A program made the position numbers and the translations under genes. The notes below the pieces were generated by a model. The model made no database searches. It had not been told where the DNA came from and was given only the letters and a program-made list of their open reading frames with translations. From Octopus sinensis (Eukaryota): a DNA stretch of 64,000 nucleotides. Location of the stretch: NCBI RefSeq assembly GCF_006345805.1, contig NW_021833225.1:28081-92080 (forward strand). Direction: 5' to 3'. Positions 1 through 13,271 of this stretch are shown here, piece after piece. Within the stretch, counting starts at the first letter, position 1. The number at the start of each line of letters is the position of its first letter.

Positions 1-699
1 TTTTAAAACTTATATAATAATTTTTTTTACACAAACGCGAACGGGGAAAAGGGGGTGGCGAATTCGATTTTTTTATTTTCGTTGAATGAATAGAAAAAAT
101 GTATAATATATGTTGTACATAGCTAAATTTTTTCTTTTTCATGACATTGTAGCAAAATAGTAGTGAATTATATAAATACCAGCAGTACATTTTTTTTTCT
201 GGGGTATTTTTTTTCAACCTCGTCACATATTTGCCCCTTTCAATTTAAACAAAGTCTTAATTAAGCAATTACGGCAGCTTAGCAATGGTTTCAATACAGG
301 CGTGACATCTGTATCTCAATTGTTCAAAACCCTTTGAATTTTTTCGCACGTGATGATATCATAGTGAAAACTTTCAATTACGCGTGCTTAGAAGTACGCT
401 CACAAATTAATACTACCAAAATTTTGAAGTTCGCGCTCCACTTGTGTGTGTGTGTGCGTGCTTTAGGTGTACGTAGGTATGTGTTTTTGTGTGTGTGTGT
501 CACTGAAGCCATACATACATATATACATACATAACCTCTCTCTCTCTTTTCTCTCTCAGTCACTCACTACAAAAAGTGAATAAAAAAAGTTCAGTTATTT
601 CTGTCTTTCACTCTCTCTGTCTCTTTACACACACTAACAAAAGCACTTCACTTACACACCACACTTTCTGTGTCGCACAACCCATCAAAAACACACACA

Positions 700-1477
700 C
701 ACACACACACACACTCACGCACGCACACATGTACATCAATGCTTTCGGAGTGAAATGTTAAAATATTGAGTTTTCTCGAATTTTGTCTTAATTGGGGGTG
801 AAATTGAAAGAAATTTGTTATGGCATGACCGAATGGAGTACTTTGAAAAATCTTAGGTAAACTCTAATTGAAGAAATTGTGTGAGGAGTAAATCGCTATG
901 TATTTATTTGATTCTGTTTGCTGTGTTTTTTTATTTTTTGAGTAGTGGTTTAAGGTACACTTGCAAAGAGAAAGTGGGAGAAATTATGTTGATAGCATGA
1001 GTGATCCATTTTATAGAAATACTTTCAGTTTAGTCTTCCTCAAATCACTCTGTCGCTATTTACTCTCTTCCAAGAACATTTTCACTCACTCTTATCTCTT
1101 AGCTTGCCATACATTTTACTCATGTATCTATCAGCGTGATAGACAGAAACAAATATTACATCGCCATTGCATTCTATTGTCTACCTGTCAACACACACAC
1201 AGTGAATTACTTTCACTTTATTCGTTGCACACTGTGTGTGTGCGTGTGCGTGTGGTGTAAACCACATTAAGAAAAGCATTTGACATACACACCAGAATGT
1301 GAGTTTTCTGTAAATTTTGCTTAATTGGAGTTTAAATTTTAAAAACTGGACCTGGCATGACCCGATGCATTCTACTCTTAAAAATGGTAGGTAAATTGTA
1401 ATTGAAGAAATCCTATATTGTAGATTTCTATAACTGACAAAGGGAGGCAGATAAAATCTGCCTTTTATAATAAGAGA
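700..1477 (-). mobile_element. Non-autonomous Helitron 5' module ('B' family)
   Basis: Homologous to 5770-6340 and 7240-7835. On the minus strand it starts A|TCTCTTATTATAAAAGGCAGATTTTATCTGCC. Sequence left of ~700 does not match the other two copies. Confidence 0.65.
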
Positions 1478-2646
1478 TTAGTGTTGCTTGATTTTGCTAA
1501 GATTGCTGTTTCTTTTCAGATATCATCAGAAAAAGATAATTAAAATTCATTAAAATGACAGATCTATCCAACTTTCAAAGAGGTCAAATTGTTGGTGTTC
1601 ATATGGCAGGTGGTAGCATAACTAAAACAGCCAAAATGTTTAGTGTATCAAGAGGTACTGTCTCAAAAGTAATGACAGCCTTTGAGAAAGAGGGAAAAAA
1701 ACCTCCTTGTCGAAACAAAACTCCGGAAGAAAACCAAAACTTTCAAATAAGGGCTGACAGACTCTTATGCAAATTGTTAGAAAGGATCACAAAAGTACAG
1801 CTCCCAAAATTACTGCAGAGCGTAATGACCACCTTGAAAACCAACCCAGTTTCCACAAAAACTGTTCACTGGGAGCTGCACAAAGCTGGATTTCACAGGA
1901 GGGCTGCAACCAGAAAGCCACTACTTTCACAAACAAACATTGCAAAACGTATAGAGTGCAGTAAAAACCTACAGAATTGGTCCCTAGAGCTGTGAAAGAA
2001 TGTTCTTCTCGCGGACGAGTCATCCTTTACGTTATTTCCAAACACCAGTCGAGTATATGTGTGGAGACAGCCCAAAAGAAGCATTTGACCCAGACTACCT
2101 TCTTCCAACTGTTAAACATGGAAGAGGATCTGTGATGGTCTGTTGGGGCTGTAACTTGGAAATCGACCAGCCCAATGGTTCCCCTTTATAGCAGAATTAA
2201 TAGTCAAGACTATTTAAGCATTTTATCTGATCAAATTAATCCTATGGTTGCGGAACTGTTTCCGGAGCGAAATGCAACCTTTCAGGATGATAATGCACCA
2301 ATTCACACAGCTAAAGTTGTTACTGAATGGCATGAGGAACAATCTAGTGAAGCTGAACATCTTATCTGGCCACCACAGTCTCCAGATCTCAATATTATTG
2401 AACATTTATGGTGCATTTTAGAAAAAAAAGCAAGGAGTTGATATCCTCTACCATTATCACTACAAGAACTGAAGACTCTTTTAGCTGAAGAATGGACAAA
2501 ATTTCCTTTGGAAACAATTCAAACATTGTATGAGTCTATACCTTGTAGAATTCAAGGTGTAATTACTGCCAAAGGTGGTCCTACCCCTTATTAAAATGAA
2601 TTTGTTCGAAATTTTAAGGTGTTTCTATTATTTTGTTCAACCCCTG
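1478..2646 (+). mobile_element. Tc1-family DD34E transposon, decayed, left end missing
   Basis: N-terminal HTH in ORF 1555-1995, DESSF-like motif near 2015, and FQDDNAPIH...WPPQSPDLNIIEHLW in ORF 2175-2441. Right TIR ends ...ttttgttcaacccctg|TA and matches the TIR at 36760. Confidence 0.9.
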
Positions 2647-2648
2647 TA

Positions 2649-4153
2649 GACTTGCATTGATAAATTAACATTGATAGTTTTTTCACCGTTGTTACAATCA
2701 TCTGAAATGGAACTGTCAAAGCACGATAGTTAGTTGAACAATTTTGCTCTTCAACTTCAAAAAAAGGAAGTGAAGCAGCTGAAATTGTTAGCGATATCAA
2801 CGAAACATTTGGTGAGGAAATGACCAGTAATAGATCAGTTCAAAAATGGTTTAAACAATTTCATAGTGGAGATCTGAACCATGAAGATTGTGAGCAGAGT
2901 GGATACCCATCTGTCATCGATGACGGTCAATTAAAGACCATCCCTGAGAAAGATCCACGTAAAACCACTTTAGAATTGGCAAAAAGAACTTTGAGTTAGT
3001 CAGAAAACTGCCTCCCATCATTTGCATGTGATTGGAAAGTTAAAAAAGCTTGACAAATGCCTACCACATGATTTGAACGAAAATCAAAAAATGCACAGAT
3101 ATGAAATTTGATTTATCGCTTCTCTGTAACCAGACCAATCCATTTCTCAACCGTATTTAACTTGTAATGAAAAGAGGATTCTGTACAATAATAAAAAAAC
3201 GTTCTTTGCACTGGTTGACCAAAATGAAGCACTGAAAACCTTACCCAAATCCGAGATCCTCAAAATAAAGGTTATGTTGACTATTTGGTGGTGTACTGTT
3301 GAACTCATCTCTCTATATATAAACGGCAGTTTGTCTGTGTGTGTTTCTGTGTGTCTGTTAGGTTGTACCCTCACCCTGACCACGGCTTTCAACCGATTCT
3401 GATGAAACTTGACACACACATAGCCCAATGTCATAATTCAAAACTAACGCAGCGAAAATTTTGAAAAGTTTCCCCAGTTCTGAAAAAAATCGATAAATTC
3501 GACATGGGGTCGAGAATCAGAAACACAAACCACAGACTGTCTAGGGGGCGCAACTCGACCTTTTTAACTAAAAAAAAAATTTACCATCATTTTTTGGCTA
3601 TAACTCTCTAAAACTGCTTTATAGTTATTTCCCTTACAAACCCGAGCAATGCCAGGCGATACTGCTAGTCTACTATAAACCCAGAAAAACCATTACTGCA
3701 GAAACAAACTGCCATAAAATTGTCAAAATGAATGATAAACTGCTATTCCTCCATCCCAGACTGGTCAACAGAAGAGGGCCAATCATTCTTCATGATAATG
3801 CTCAACCACACATTTTGCTAATGACACCCCAGAAGTTGAGGGAACTTCACTACGAAGTTCTTTCCCACCCAGCTTATTCCCCAGATCTTTCTCCTACAGA
3901 CTACCACTTTTTCAAGCACCTCCCGCAAAAGGAGTTCAAAAATCAAACTGATGCTGAAAGTGCATTTCAAATAGTTCGTCAGCTCCAGAACTCCAGATTT
4001 TTATGTTACCAGAATAAATAAACTTGTAACTCATTGGCAAAAATGTGTTGACTATAATGGTACTTGTTTTGATGAATAAAACTTCTGCATTGTTGAAACA
4101 TATTGTGATGAATGTCATGTTTCAAAGCATTACTTATTTTTTACTCAGCCTGA
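2649..4153 (+). mobile_element. mariner (DD34D) transposon, decayed, interrupted by a Helitron
   Basis: Mariner HTH region from ~2705 (LLFNFKKGSEAAEIVSDINETFGEE), CNEKRILYNN (decayed TGDEKW region), HDNAQPH and PAYSPDLSPTDYHFFKHL (ORF 3728-4021). TIR-like right end at ~4126-4153. Confidence 0.88.
3308..3668 (+). mobile_element. Complete 361-bp non-autonomous Helitron
   Basis: Starts TC (tctctctatatataaacgg) and ends with a decayed hairpin cccgagcaatgccagg + cgatactg + CTAG. Inserted between A3307 and T3669 with no TSD; removing it restores gaactca|tctactataaaccc. Confidence 0.88.
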
Positions 4154-4399
4154 CAGATTTGATCAAATTTTGGTCTAGCGCTTAGTGTTTAGGCACCTAC
4201 TGCTGAAGATATGAGCATATATCGAAATCACATGATATAGTAGTCTTAACACCAATGCTGATTAAATTTGTCTGCCATTATAATTTGTGCCTTTTTGTAT
4301 TTAACACCTATACGAGAAGATTTCTCAGGAAAATATACTGCAGTTTATAGCATCAAATCATCTCATTCAAGTTAAGTTTGATGTACAAATTCATATGTG

Positions 4400-4749
4400 T
4401 GTATATACATATAAACACATATAGATAAGCTGTATATATAGGTATACATATATGTGTATGTGTAGATATGTGTATATATATGTATGTGTGTGTATGCTTA
4501 TATGTATGTGTGTATATAAATATAGAGAATATGATGATGAACTCTGGTTAATCTATCTAATATATATATATATGCACATATATTTCTCTTTCTCTCTCTA
4601 TATATATATACACACATATATATATATATAAATACACACATATATATATATATATATATATACATACACACATATATACATACATATATGTATGCACACA
4701 TACATATATACATAAATACATATATACACACAAACATATAAATACATAG

Positions 4750-4786
<37 letters not shown>
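4400..4786. repeat. Compound (TA)n/(CA)n/(TG)n microsatellite
   Basis: Direct inspection. Confidence 0.95.
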
Positions 4787-4787
<1 letters not shown>

Positions 4788-7700
4788 TAGCAGTATCGCC
4801 CGGCGTTGCTCGGGTTGTAAGGGAAATAAATATATAAGCATTTTTAGAGAGTTATAGCCAAAAAATAGCAAAAAAATGCATTAAAAATTGAAAAAAAATT
4901 AAGGTAAATTTATTTTTAAATCGTTGACACATCGTAGATATTTTTAGAGAGTTACTTCCCTTAAATAAAAGCGAAAAAATGCATTAAAATGGAAAAATAT
5001 GATGGTAAATTTTTTTTTAAATCGTAGACTCATGCTAATACCCAGAAGGGCTCGATATGAATCACGACTATAAGATACCCGCTTTTGGTTAAACTGCACC
5101 GCAAAATGTGGGAGTAGTTAGGAATCTAAATCGTAGGAGACAGACACACAACTTCACTCTTATATAAAGATGCTTTTTTTTTTTCAGTCATAGAGTTAGA
5201 TTTATGAAGGTCTTCAGTAGAAAATCCTTCGAATTCTGACTCGCTGCTTGATATAATGAAATTCGTATCCATTTTTTGTCAGAATTACAAATTTTGAAAA
5301 CACAATAGGAACAAATTTCGGAAAAAAATCTCCCATAATTCACGGAATTAAAATTACACTTCGATTTTTGTACAAAACTGTAGTTGAAGTGTTTACGAAG
5401 TATAATACGTGTTTTCACGAATGTACTAAAGAGATTTGCTCTGATATTCTCATTTAAATATGAATAGGTAAATTCGGGCGGCTTGGTAACTATATATAAG
5501 TGTCGTCTGTTTATACATAAACACTGTTTCATACTGCAATTATATATACATATATCTATATATAATATTATATAATAAAATATATACAGAGTAAAATAAA
5601 AACCAATTTACCTTTTCTGTCCGTCCGGGTGTCTTTGCAAATGTGTTGGAATGATAAGTGAGTTGAGTTTTGGCGCCTTTTTTACTAATAACAAACACAC
5701 ACGTGTTTGTATGTAGTTGTATGTGTATGTAGTTGTATGTAGTTGTATATGTATGTGTATGCGTGTGCGTGAGGAATGACACACACACACTCACGCACGC
5801 GCACATGTACATCAATGCTTTCGGAGTGATATGTTAAAATATTGAGTTTTCTCGAATTTTGTCTTAATTGGTGGTAAAATTGAAAGAAATTTTTTATGGC
5901 ATCACCCACTGAAGTACTCTGAAAAATCTTAGGTAAATTCTAATTGAAGAAATTGTGTGAGGAGTAAATGGTTATGTATTTATTTGTTTCTGTTTGCTGT
6001 GTTTTTTTTATTTTTTGAGTAGTGGTTTAAATACTTTCAGTTTAGTCTTCCTCAAATCACTCTGTTGCTATTTACTTTCATTTTATTCGTTGCACACTGT
6101 GTGTGTGCGTTTGCGTGTGGTGTAAACCAGACTAAGAAAAGCATTTGACACACACACCAGAATGTGAGTTTTCTGTAAATTTTGCTTAATTGGAGTTTAA
6201 ATTTTAAAAACTGGACCTGGCATGACACAATGCATTGTACTCTTAAAAATGCTAGGTAAATTGTAATTGAAGAAATCCTATATAGTAGATTTCTATAACT
6301 CCCAAAGGGAGGCAGATAAAATCTGCCTTTTATAATAAGACTAGCAATATCGCCCGGCGTTGCTCGGGTTGTAAGGGAAATAACTACATAAGCATTTTTA
6401 GAGAGTTATAGCCAAAAAATAGCAAAAAAATGCATTAAAAATTGAAAAAAAATTAAGGTAATTTTTTTAAATCGTTGACACATCGTAGATATTTTTAGAG
6501 AGTTACTTCCCTTATATAAAAGCGAAAAAAATCATTAAAATGGAAAAATATGATGGTAAATTTATTTTAAATCATAGACTCATCGTAGACGCACGCTAAT
6601 ACCCAGAAGGGCTCGATATGAATCACGACTATAAGATACCCGCTTTTGGTTAAACTGCACCGCAAAATGTGGGAGTAGTTAGGAATCTAAATCGTAGGAG
6701 ACAGACACACAACTTCACTCTTATATAAAGATGCTTTTTTTTTTTCAGTCATAGAGTTAGATTATGAAGGTCTTCAGTAGAAAATCCTTCGAATTCTGAC
6801 TCGCTGCTTGATATAATGAAATTCGTATCCTTTTTTGTCAGAATTACAAATTTTGAAAACACAATAGGAACAAATTTCGGAAAAAAATCTCCCATAATTC
6901 ACGGAATAAAATTACACTTCGATTTTTGTACAAAACTGTAGTTGAAGTGTTTACGAAGTATAATACGTGTTTTCACGAATGTACTAAAGAGATTTGCTCT
7001 GATATTCTCATTTAAATATGAATAGGTAAATTCGGGCGGCTTGGTAACTATATATAAGTGTCGTCTGTTTATACATAAACACTGGTTCATACTGCAATTA
7101 TATATACATATATCTATATATAATATTATATAATAAAATACTAATAACAAACACACACGTGTTTGTATGTAGTTGTATGTGTATGTTGTTGTATGTAGTT
7201 GTATATGTATGTGTATGCGTGTGTGTGAGGAATGACACACACACACTCATGCACGCACACATGTACATCAATGCTTTCGGAGTGATATGTTAAAATATTG
7301 AGTTTTCTCGAATTTTGTCTTAATTGGTGGTAAAATTGAAAGAAATTTTTTATGGCATCACCCACTGAAGTACTCTGAAAAATCTTAGGTAAATTCTAAT
7401 TGAAGAAATTTAGGTAAATTCTAATTGAAGAAATTTAGGTAAATTCTAATTGAAGAAATTGTGTGAGGAGTATTTATTTGTTTCTGTTTGCTGTGTTTTT
7501 TTATTTTTTGAGTAGTGGTTGAAGTACTTTCAGTTTAGTCTTCCTCAAATCACTCTGTCGCTATTTACTTTCATTTTATTCGTTGCCCACTGTGTGTGTG
7601 CGTTTGCGTGTGGTGTAAACCAGACTAAGAAAAGCATTTGACACACACACACCAGAACGTGAGTTTTCTGTAAATTTTGCTTAATTGGAGTTTAAATTTT

Positions 7701-7835
7701 TAAAACTGGACCTGGCATGACGCGATGCATTGTACTCTTAAAAATGCTAGGTAAATTGTAATTGAAGAAATCCTATATTGTAGATTTGTATAACTCCCAA
7801 AGGGAGGCAGATAAAATCTGCCTTTTATAATAAGA
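4787..7835 (-). mobile_element. Head-to-tail dimer of a composite non-autonomous Helitron (units 4787-6340 and 6341-7835)
   Basis: Each unit starts with TC and ends with the CCCG..CGGG hairpin + CTAG on the minus strand. The junction at 6340|6341 reads CTAG|TC. The outer flanks give A|...|T within (TA)n. Confidence 0.88.
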
Positions 7836-8099
7836 TATATATATATATATAATATATATATATATATATGGAGAGAGAGTAATATAAATGTAACTTTTTC
7901 AATGACAGTGCTACAAATTGCAATTGATTCTTTGTAAGTCACAAACTTAGAGCTTTCATGGTCAATGTTAGTACAATGTAAGGGAGTTCTTGTTAGATTG
8001 TTGAAATGCTAAAGTGAAGACATGTATACGTGAACTGTGTGCAAGAAGCATGATGAAGGGGACCCTCATCTACTTTGCTAGAGGGCAAGGAATCATCAT

Positions 8100-8660
8100 C
8101 ACTTTTTAATGTCCATTTTCTCTGCTGGCATACATTAGATAGATTAACCAGAGTTCATCATCATTTAAAGCCTGCTTTCCATATTGGCATGGATTGGATG
8201 GTTTGACTGAAAACTGGTAAGCCAGGGAGCTGCACCAGGTTCTGATCTGATTTGGCAAGGTTTCTGCAGCTGGATGCCCTTCTTAATGCCAACCTCTCCA
8301 AGAGTATAGTGGGTGTTTTTTACATGTCACCAGAGCAGGTAACTTTGGCCTGACACTGGCATTAGCCATGACTACAGTCTCACTTGGCTTGACTGGTCTA
8401 CACAAGAAGAGTATATTGCCAAGGATCATAGTCACTTGTCACTGCCTCCATGAGGCCAACACTCAAACAGTGCTTTCTATGTGCCATCAGCATGGGTGTC
8501 AGTCAGACAGCATTGGCATTGGCCACAGCTATGAATTCACTCAGCATGACAGGTCTTCACAAGCACAACATATCCCCCAATGTTTGAAGACACTAGCAGG
8601 AGCCACAACTACAATCTCACTTGGTTCAAAGGGTCTTCTTAAGCACGGTATATCACCAAA
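8100..8660 (-). mobile_element. RTE-LINE 3' UTR/tail fragment
   Basis: Reverse-complement similarity to 61130-61730, including the (CAT)n tail and cagctggatgccctt. Confidence 0.75.
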
Positions 8661-10803
8661 ATTCTTCTGTGTAAGGAGTAGTGATGAGGTACATAGTGTA
8701 GGTACACTTTTGGCAGAAAAATGGATGGATAAGGTGATCGGGGTACTCGGGAAGTGTGAGAAGGTTAACAGACTAAGACTAGCCATGTATAATGTGACAA
8801 TGACATTTATCTCTGCATATACTCCACACACTGGACTGACAATGAAGACAAGGACCATTTCTATGACTCCCTGTATTAGATTACCTCAACAACAAAAGAC
8901 AGTGGAATTATTAATCAAGGCTGATGACATTGGGAAGCATTCCAATGGATTTCATGGCATGCATAGAGGTTACAGCCTTAGTAGGTGAAATGAAGAGGGA
9001 ACAAGGGTGTTGTAATGCAAATGACCTGTTGATCTGCAACACTAACTTCAGAAAACCAGCTAACCACCTATTAATCTAGTGGGCACATAAACCAGCTACA
9101 TTCTCATGAGAAACAGGTAAAAGCAGATGCTAGTGAATGTGAAGTTCTCCCCTGGTGAAAACTGTGCAACTCCACATAGGTTAGTGTGACTTTAGAGATT
9201 AGAGCTTGACAGAGTCAGAGACTTAGTGATATTGTAACTGAAGCATTTGGTGAGAGGAGGAGACAGAGACATATTATGTAGAGGACAACTATAAATTCTT
9301 ACAGGATAACCAACTGCAGGTGAGAGACATAATCTGCACTGGGGTGAAGCTTCATTAGACCAAGGATCATGTGGTGGTGGAACAATGTGGTAGATAGGGC
9401 CATAAAGTAGAAGAGATGGGTTTGAAAAGGGTGCAGAAATGTAGGTAGTAAAGGACTATATCAGGTAGCTAGAAAGGAAGCTAGACAACAGAGGAGAGGC
9501 AGAAAGAAAAGGTTCATCAATGTCTTACAGCATGAGAATAACAGGCATGAGGTGTTCTGGACTGCAAAATAGTGTATAAAAAAGAATGTAGTTCTTGTGG
9601 GAGAGAAGTATGTGCAGATGGATAATGGCACACTTGCACTTAGTAATTAGATAAAGAAAGAGGCATGGAATGCTTTTAGAATGTGGAAAATACATGAAGA
9701 AGAGAGTATCCCTACAATGACCCAACAAAGGGGCCAGCTGTCCTAGTTGACAGCAGTATGATAGTTAAGGCAATTAAGGATATTAAAACAGGGGAGGTCC
9801 CATCAGGAGTTATGGATATGATACTTAGATTACGTAGTGGAGTAAGATACAGTATAATCATCCATATAGTTAATCAGGTTACACAGGTAGGTATCATATT
9901 CAATGACTGGTGTAGCAACATTATAGCCAGCTATTAAAAGAGTAAAAGAGATGCTTTACAGAGGAATAATTACAAAAATCTCAGATTACTGGACCAGGTC
10001 ATGAAAGTTATGGAGAGAGTTATAGCCCAATAAGGAACAAAATTACAGCAGATGAGATGCAATTTGGCTTTGTGCCAGGGAGTACAACTGCAGCTATCTT
10101 CTTAGATAACTGTGGAAGAAGTATTTAGCAAAGAATAAACCATTATACTTGGCATCTGCTGACCTGGAAAAAGACTTTGACTGATTCTCTCATACTGTGA
10201 TAGGGTGGTCTCTGGGAAAGCTAGGGGTAGATGAACAGCTTGTGAAAGCCATACAAGCTATGTACAGTAAAGTGAGTTATCCAGGAGATCAGCAATGGAT
10301 TTAGAGTACCGGTAAGAGTTCACTAGAGCTTGGTTTTCAGTCCCCTCATATTTCATATATTGCACCCCCAGGCCATAGTAGAGACTGGATCTCCCTGGGG
10401 AACTACTATAGGCTAATGGTCTCATTTCTCAGAGCAAGAATATAGACAAGACACTACTCCCTTCAGGTAAATGATCCTGCCTGATATGCAGGAAAGGTAC
10501 AGGTAGGAATTCCATATAGTACACCCAGTACAGGTTATAGACACACAAGTGGAGCAGTGGAATCACAGGATGGCTAATGGAGAAGGCTTGTATGTGGAAG
10601 ATACACAGTAGCCATAAACACAAAGAATATATAGGAAGTAGATTTTTGCAAATATCCCTGAAGCTTCCTGAAGGTAGTGGATAGTTACTATTACTTAGAT
10701 GACCTAATTAGCAGTGGTGGAGGCTGTTCTGAAAATATAGTTGCTAGAACAATAGGATGAAGAAAGTGCAGAGAGATACTGGTTCTGTTTGCAACAAAAG
10801 GTT

Positions 10804-10839
<36 letters not shown>

Positions 10840-11140
10840 AAAAGTAGATTGTGTAATGCTTCCCTATGAACAACAACATTAAATGGTAGTGACATGTGGA
10901 CTCTGAATATAGAGGACATGCAAAGACTAGAGAGGAATGAAACTAGTATGCTCCATTGGATGTGCAATGTCAGTTTTCATGTACAGCAAATTGGCATACA
11001 AGGAATCAAATGTAGCATGTAAAAGTGAAGACTGCACTGGTTTGGTTATGTGATGTATATGGATGAGAACAGTTGCATAAAGAAATGCTGGTTATTTAAA
11101 GTGGATGGAACTTGTTGAAAAGGGTGACATAGGAAGACAA
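8660..11140 (+). mobile_element. Old decayed RTE LINE (APE and RT remnants) with an internal insertion at ~9340-9730
   Basis: VGTLLAEKWMDKVI and ISAYTP in ORF 8368-8988. DNA similar to the RT region of 59474-61108 (gagatgcaatttggctttgtgccaggg; ctggtttggttatgtg). Many stops and frameshifts. Confidence 0.85.
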
Positions 11141-13271
11141 AGAACTGAATGATTGGTGATTCATTATACTTGAGAAGATCCATCCATCACAGCAAATATA
11201 AGGTCCTAAGATCACTTTGGTTATGCTTGCTTATGTTGGGCACTGTCAAACATCCCCACATCTCAACTATTTACTCACCTGCTTCCCCAACATCAATCCC
11301 TCCTTGACACTATTACATCCCCTAACACTATGTATTGCCAATTATGGCCTTCCCTCAGTTTCCATCCTTCCTTCTAATTATTATCTCTTTCCACAAGCCT
11401 CTGTTCCCCAGCTCTTCTCTGCCATATTTTACCTTAACACCCTTCATACTTGCTCTTATTCTCTCATGTTTGCACCACACCCACTCACTATAATCACCCT
11501 TATGTATCTCTACATCCCTCTTCCCACTGCTCTTGTGCCTTGTTCATCATCCTCTACATTCTGATCCATTACCACTGGGTCACCTATTTCTCTCTCAACT
11601 TACACCCACTCCATAATGCTATTTCGCATTAAGCCATGCCTCCTCTCCACATCATTCCCTACATTCCCTTCTACACCCATCTCTTCCTTCCCTCCTGATC
11701 CACTACCCATATTATCTCTTTCTCTTGGAAGGTTTTGCTCTAGCACCTCATCACAACCATCTGTCACTCACCCATATCTAAATGTGGGGTAGCCATGCTT
11801 CTTTTCTATAGTAAGACACATTTGCTTGTTCCTGGTATAAAGTCACACAGGGCTGTTTTTCTTCTTCTCCTTTCTTGTTTTTTTTGTCTTGCAAGTTACT
11901 TAGCAACTTCAAAACTGCCAGTGGCATGAAAAAGCATGCAGTACACACTGTAAAGTGGTTAGAGTTAGAAAGGGGGTATCCCGCCAGAGAAATGATCCCA
12001 AAGCTGAAACGGAGCATGATGCAGCCCTGCAACTCACTGGAGCCAGTCAAACTATCCAACCTCTACTAACATAGAAAACAGACATTAAATGTTGATGATC
12101 ATGATGGGGAAGATGATTACAATGATGTATAGCTATCATTCTGGAGTGGATCACAAAATGAACATAGAAAATTTAGCACTATTTTGTAAAGAGAGTTAAA
12201 GACAAATATCACACCATGTGTGGACCAACAGCCATTCTGGTTTCAATTAGTCTACAAGAAAGCCGGCATGAAAGCCATGCAATTTTGGAATTGTATAAGA
12301 GATATTAAAACAATTTTCCTTTCATAATAAATCATACTTTGTAAACAATCCCTCAGACATTTCCTAATGCATTTCCATTTTTGCATAATTGTATGAATTC
12401 CTGTGTGTAGAATACAAATTCACAAAAATTTTCTGAAAATTCCAAGATATAAAAAATTTATGAGGGGTTATATGGTGTGCATAAAGCAGAATTTCGTCAA
12501 TATTACATTTGTTTACAGTTGACATCACGTGCTGGAACATACAAAATTACAGCTTCCAAATTCTGTTTTATGACTGGATAAAAATTATGAAACTTTAAAC
12601 TTCTGTAACTTTTTTTTTTTAAATTTCTGGAAAAAGTGAATTAGCCCCTGAGATTCAGTGTGGAGAATTGCATCAATACACCAAATTTTAAAATTTTCAA
12701 TAAACTTTAAAATTACCAAAGAAAAAACTCCAGCTCAATCTGAATGTATACTTCACAGCACTATCATAAATCTACAAATTGTAAATAAAGTAAAATCTAT
12801 TAACACATCTTTCTGTTTCAAGATGCACAATTCGTACAAGCAGTATCAGCCAATGTCAAAGTACACATACCACCACCATCATCAAAACCCCCACCCCACC
12901 AAATACTAATTAAACTTTACAGCTTCCACATACGTAACCAGGAATCCTAAAATCTGTCAGTATTCTCAATGTGACATTGTAGAAAAATGGAGAGCTTCTG
13001 ATGTTGTTTTTCATTCTAGTATGCTACAAGTGTTCATGCTAACACAGGTTATTCTGTCTTCAACTGTGTCTGTAGCATCAAATGAGCAAACATCCAGTAC
13101 ATTCACCATTTGAAGAACAGGCTCTGTACCACAATGACACAGCACCCTCTAGCACATAGTGCCATAATGCATAATAAAAATGTATGGCACATCCTTGTAG
13201 AAAGTTTCATTACAAAAACGAGTGCACAAAGAAAAGTTTTGGGAATGATTTGAGACACTTTTCCATGTGTA

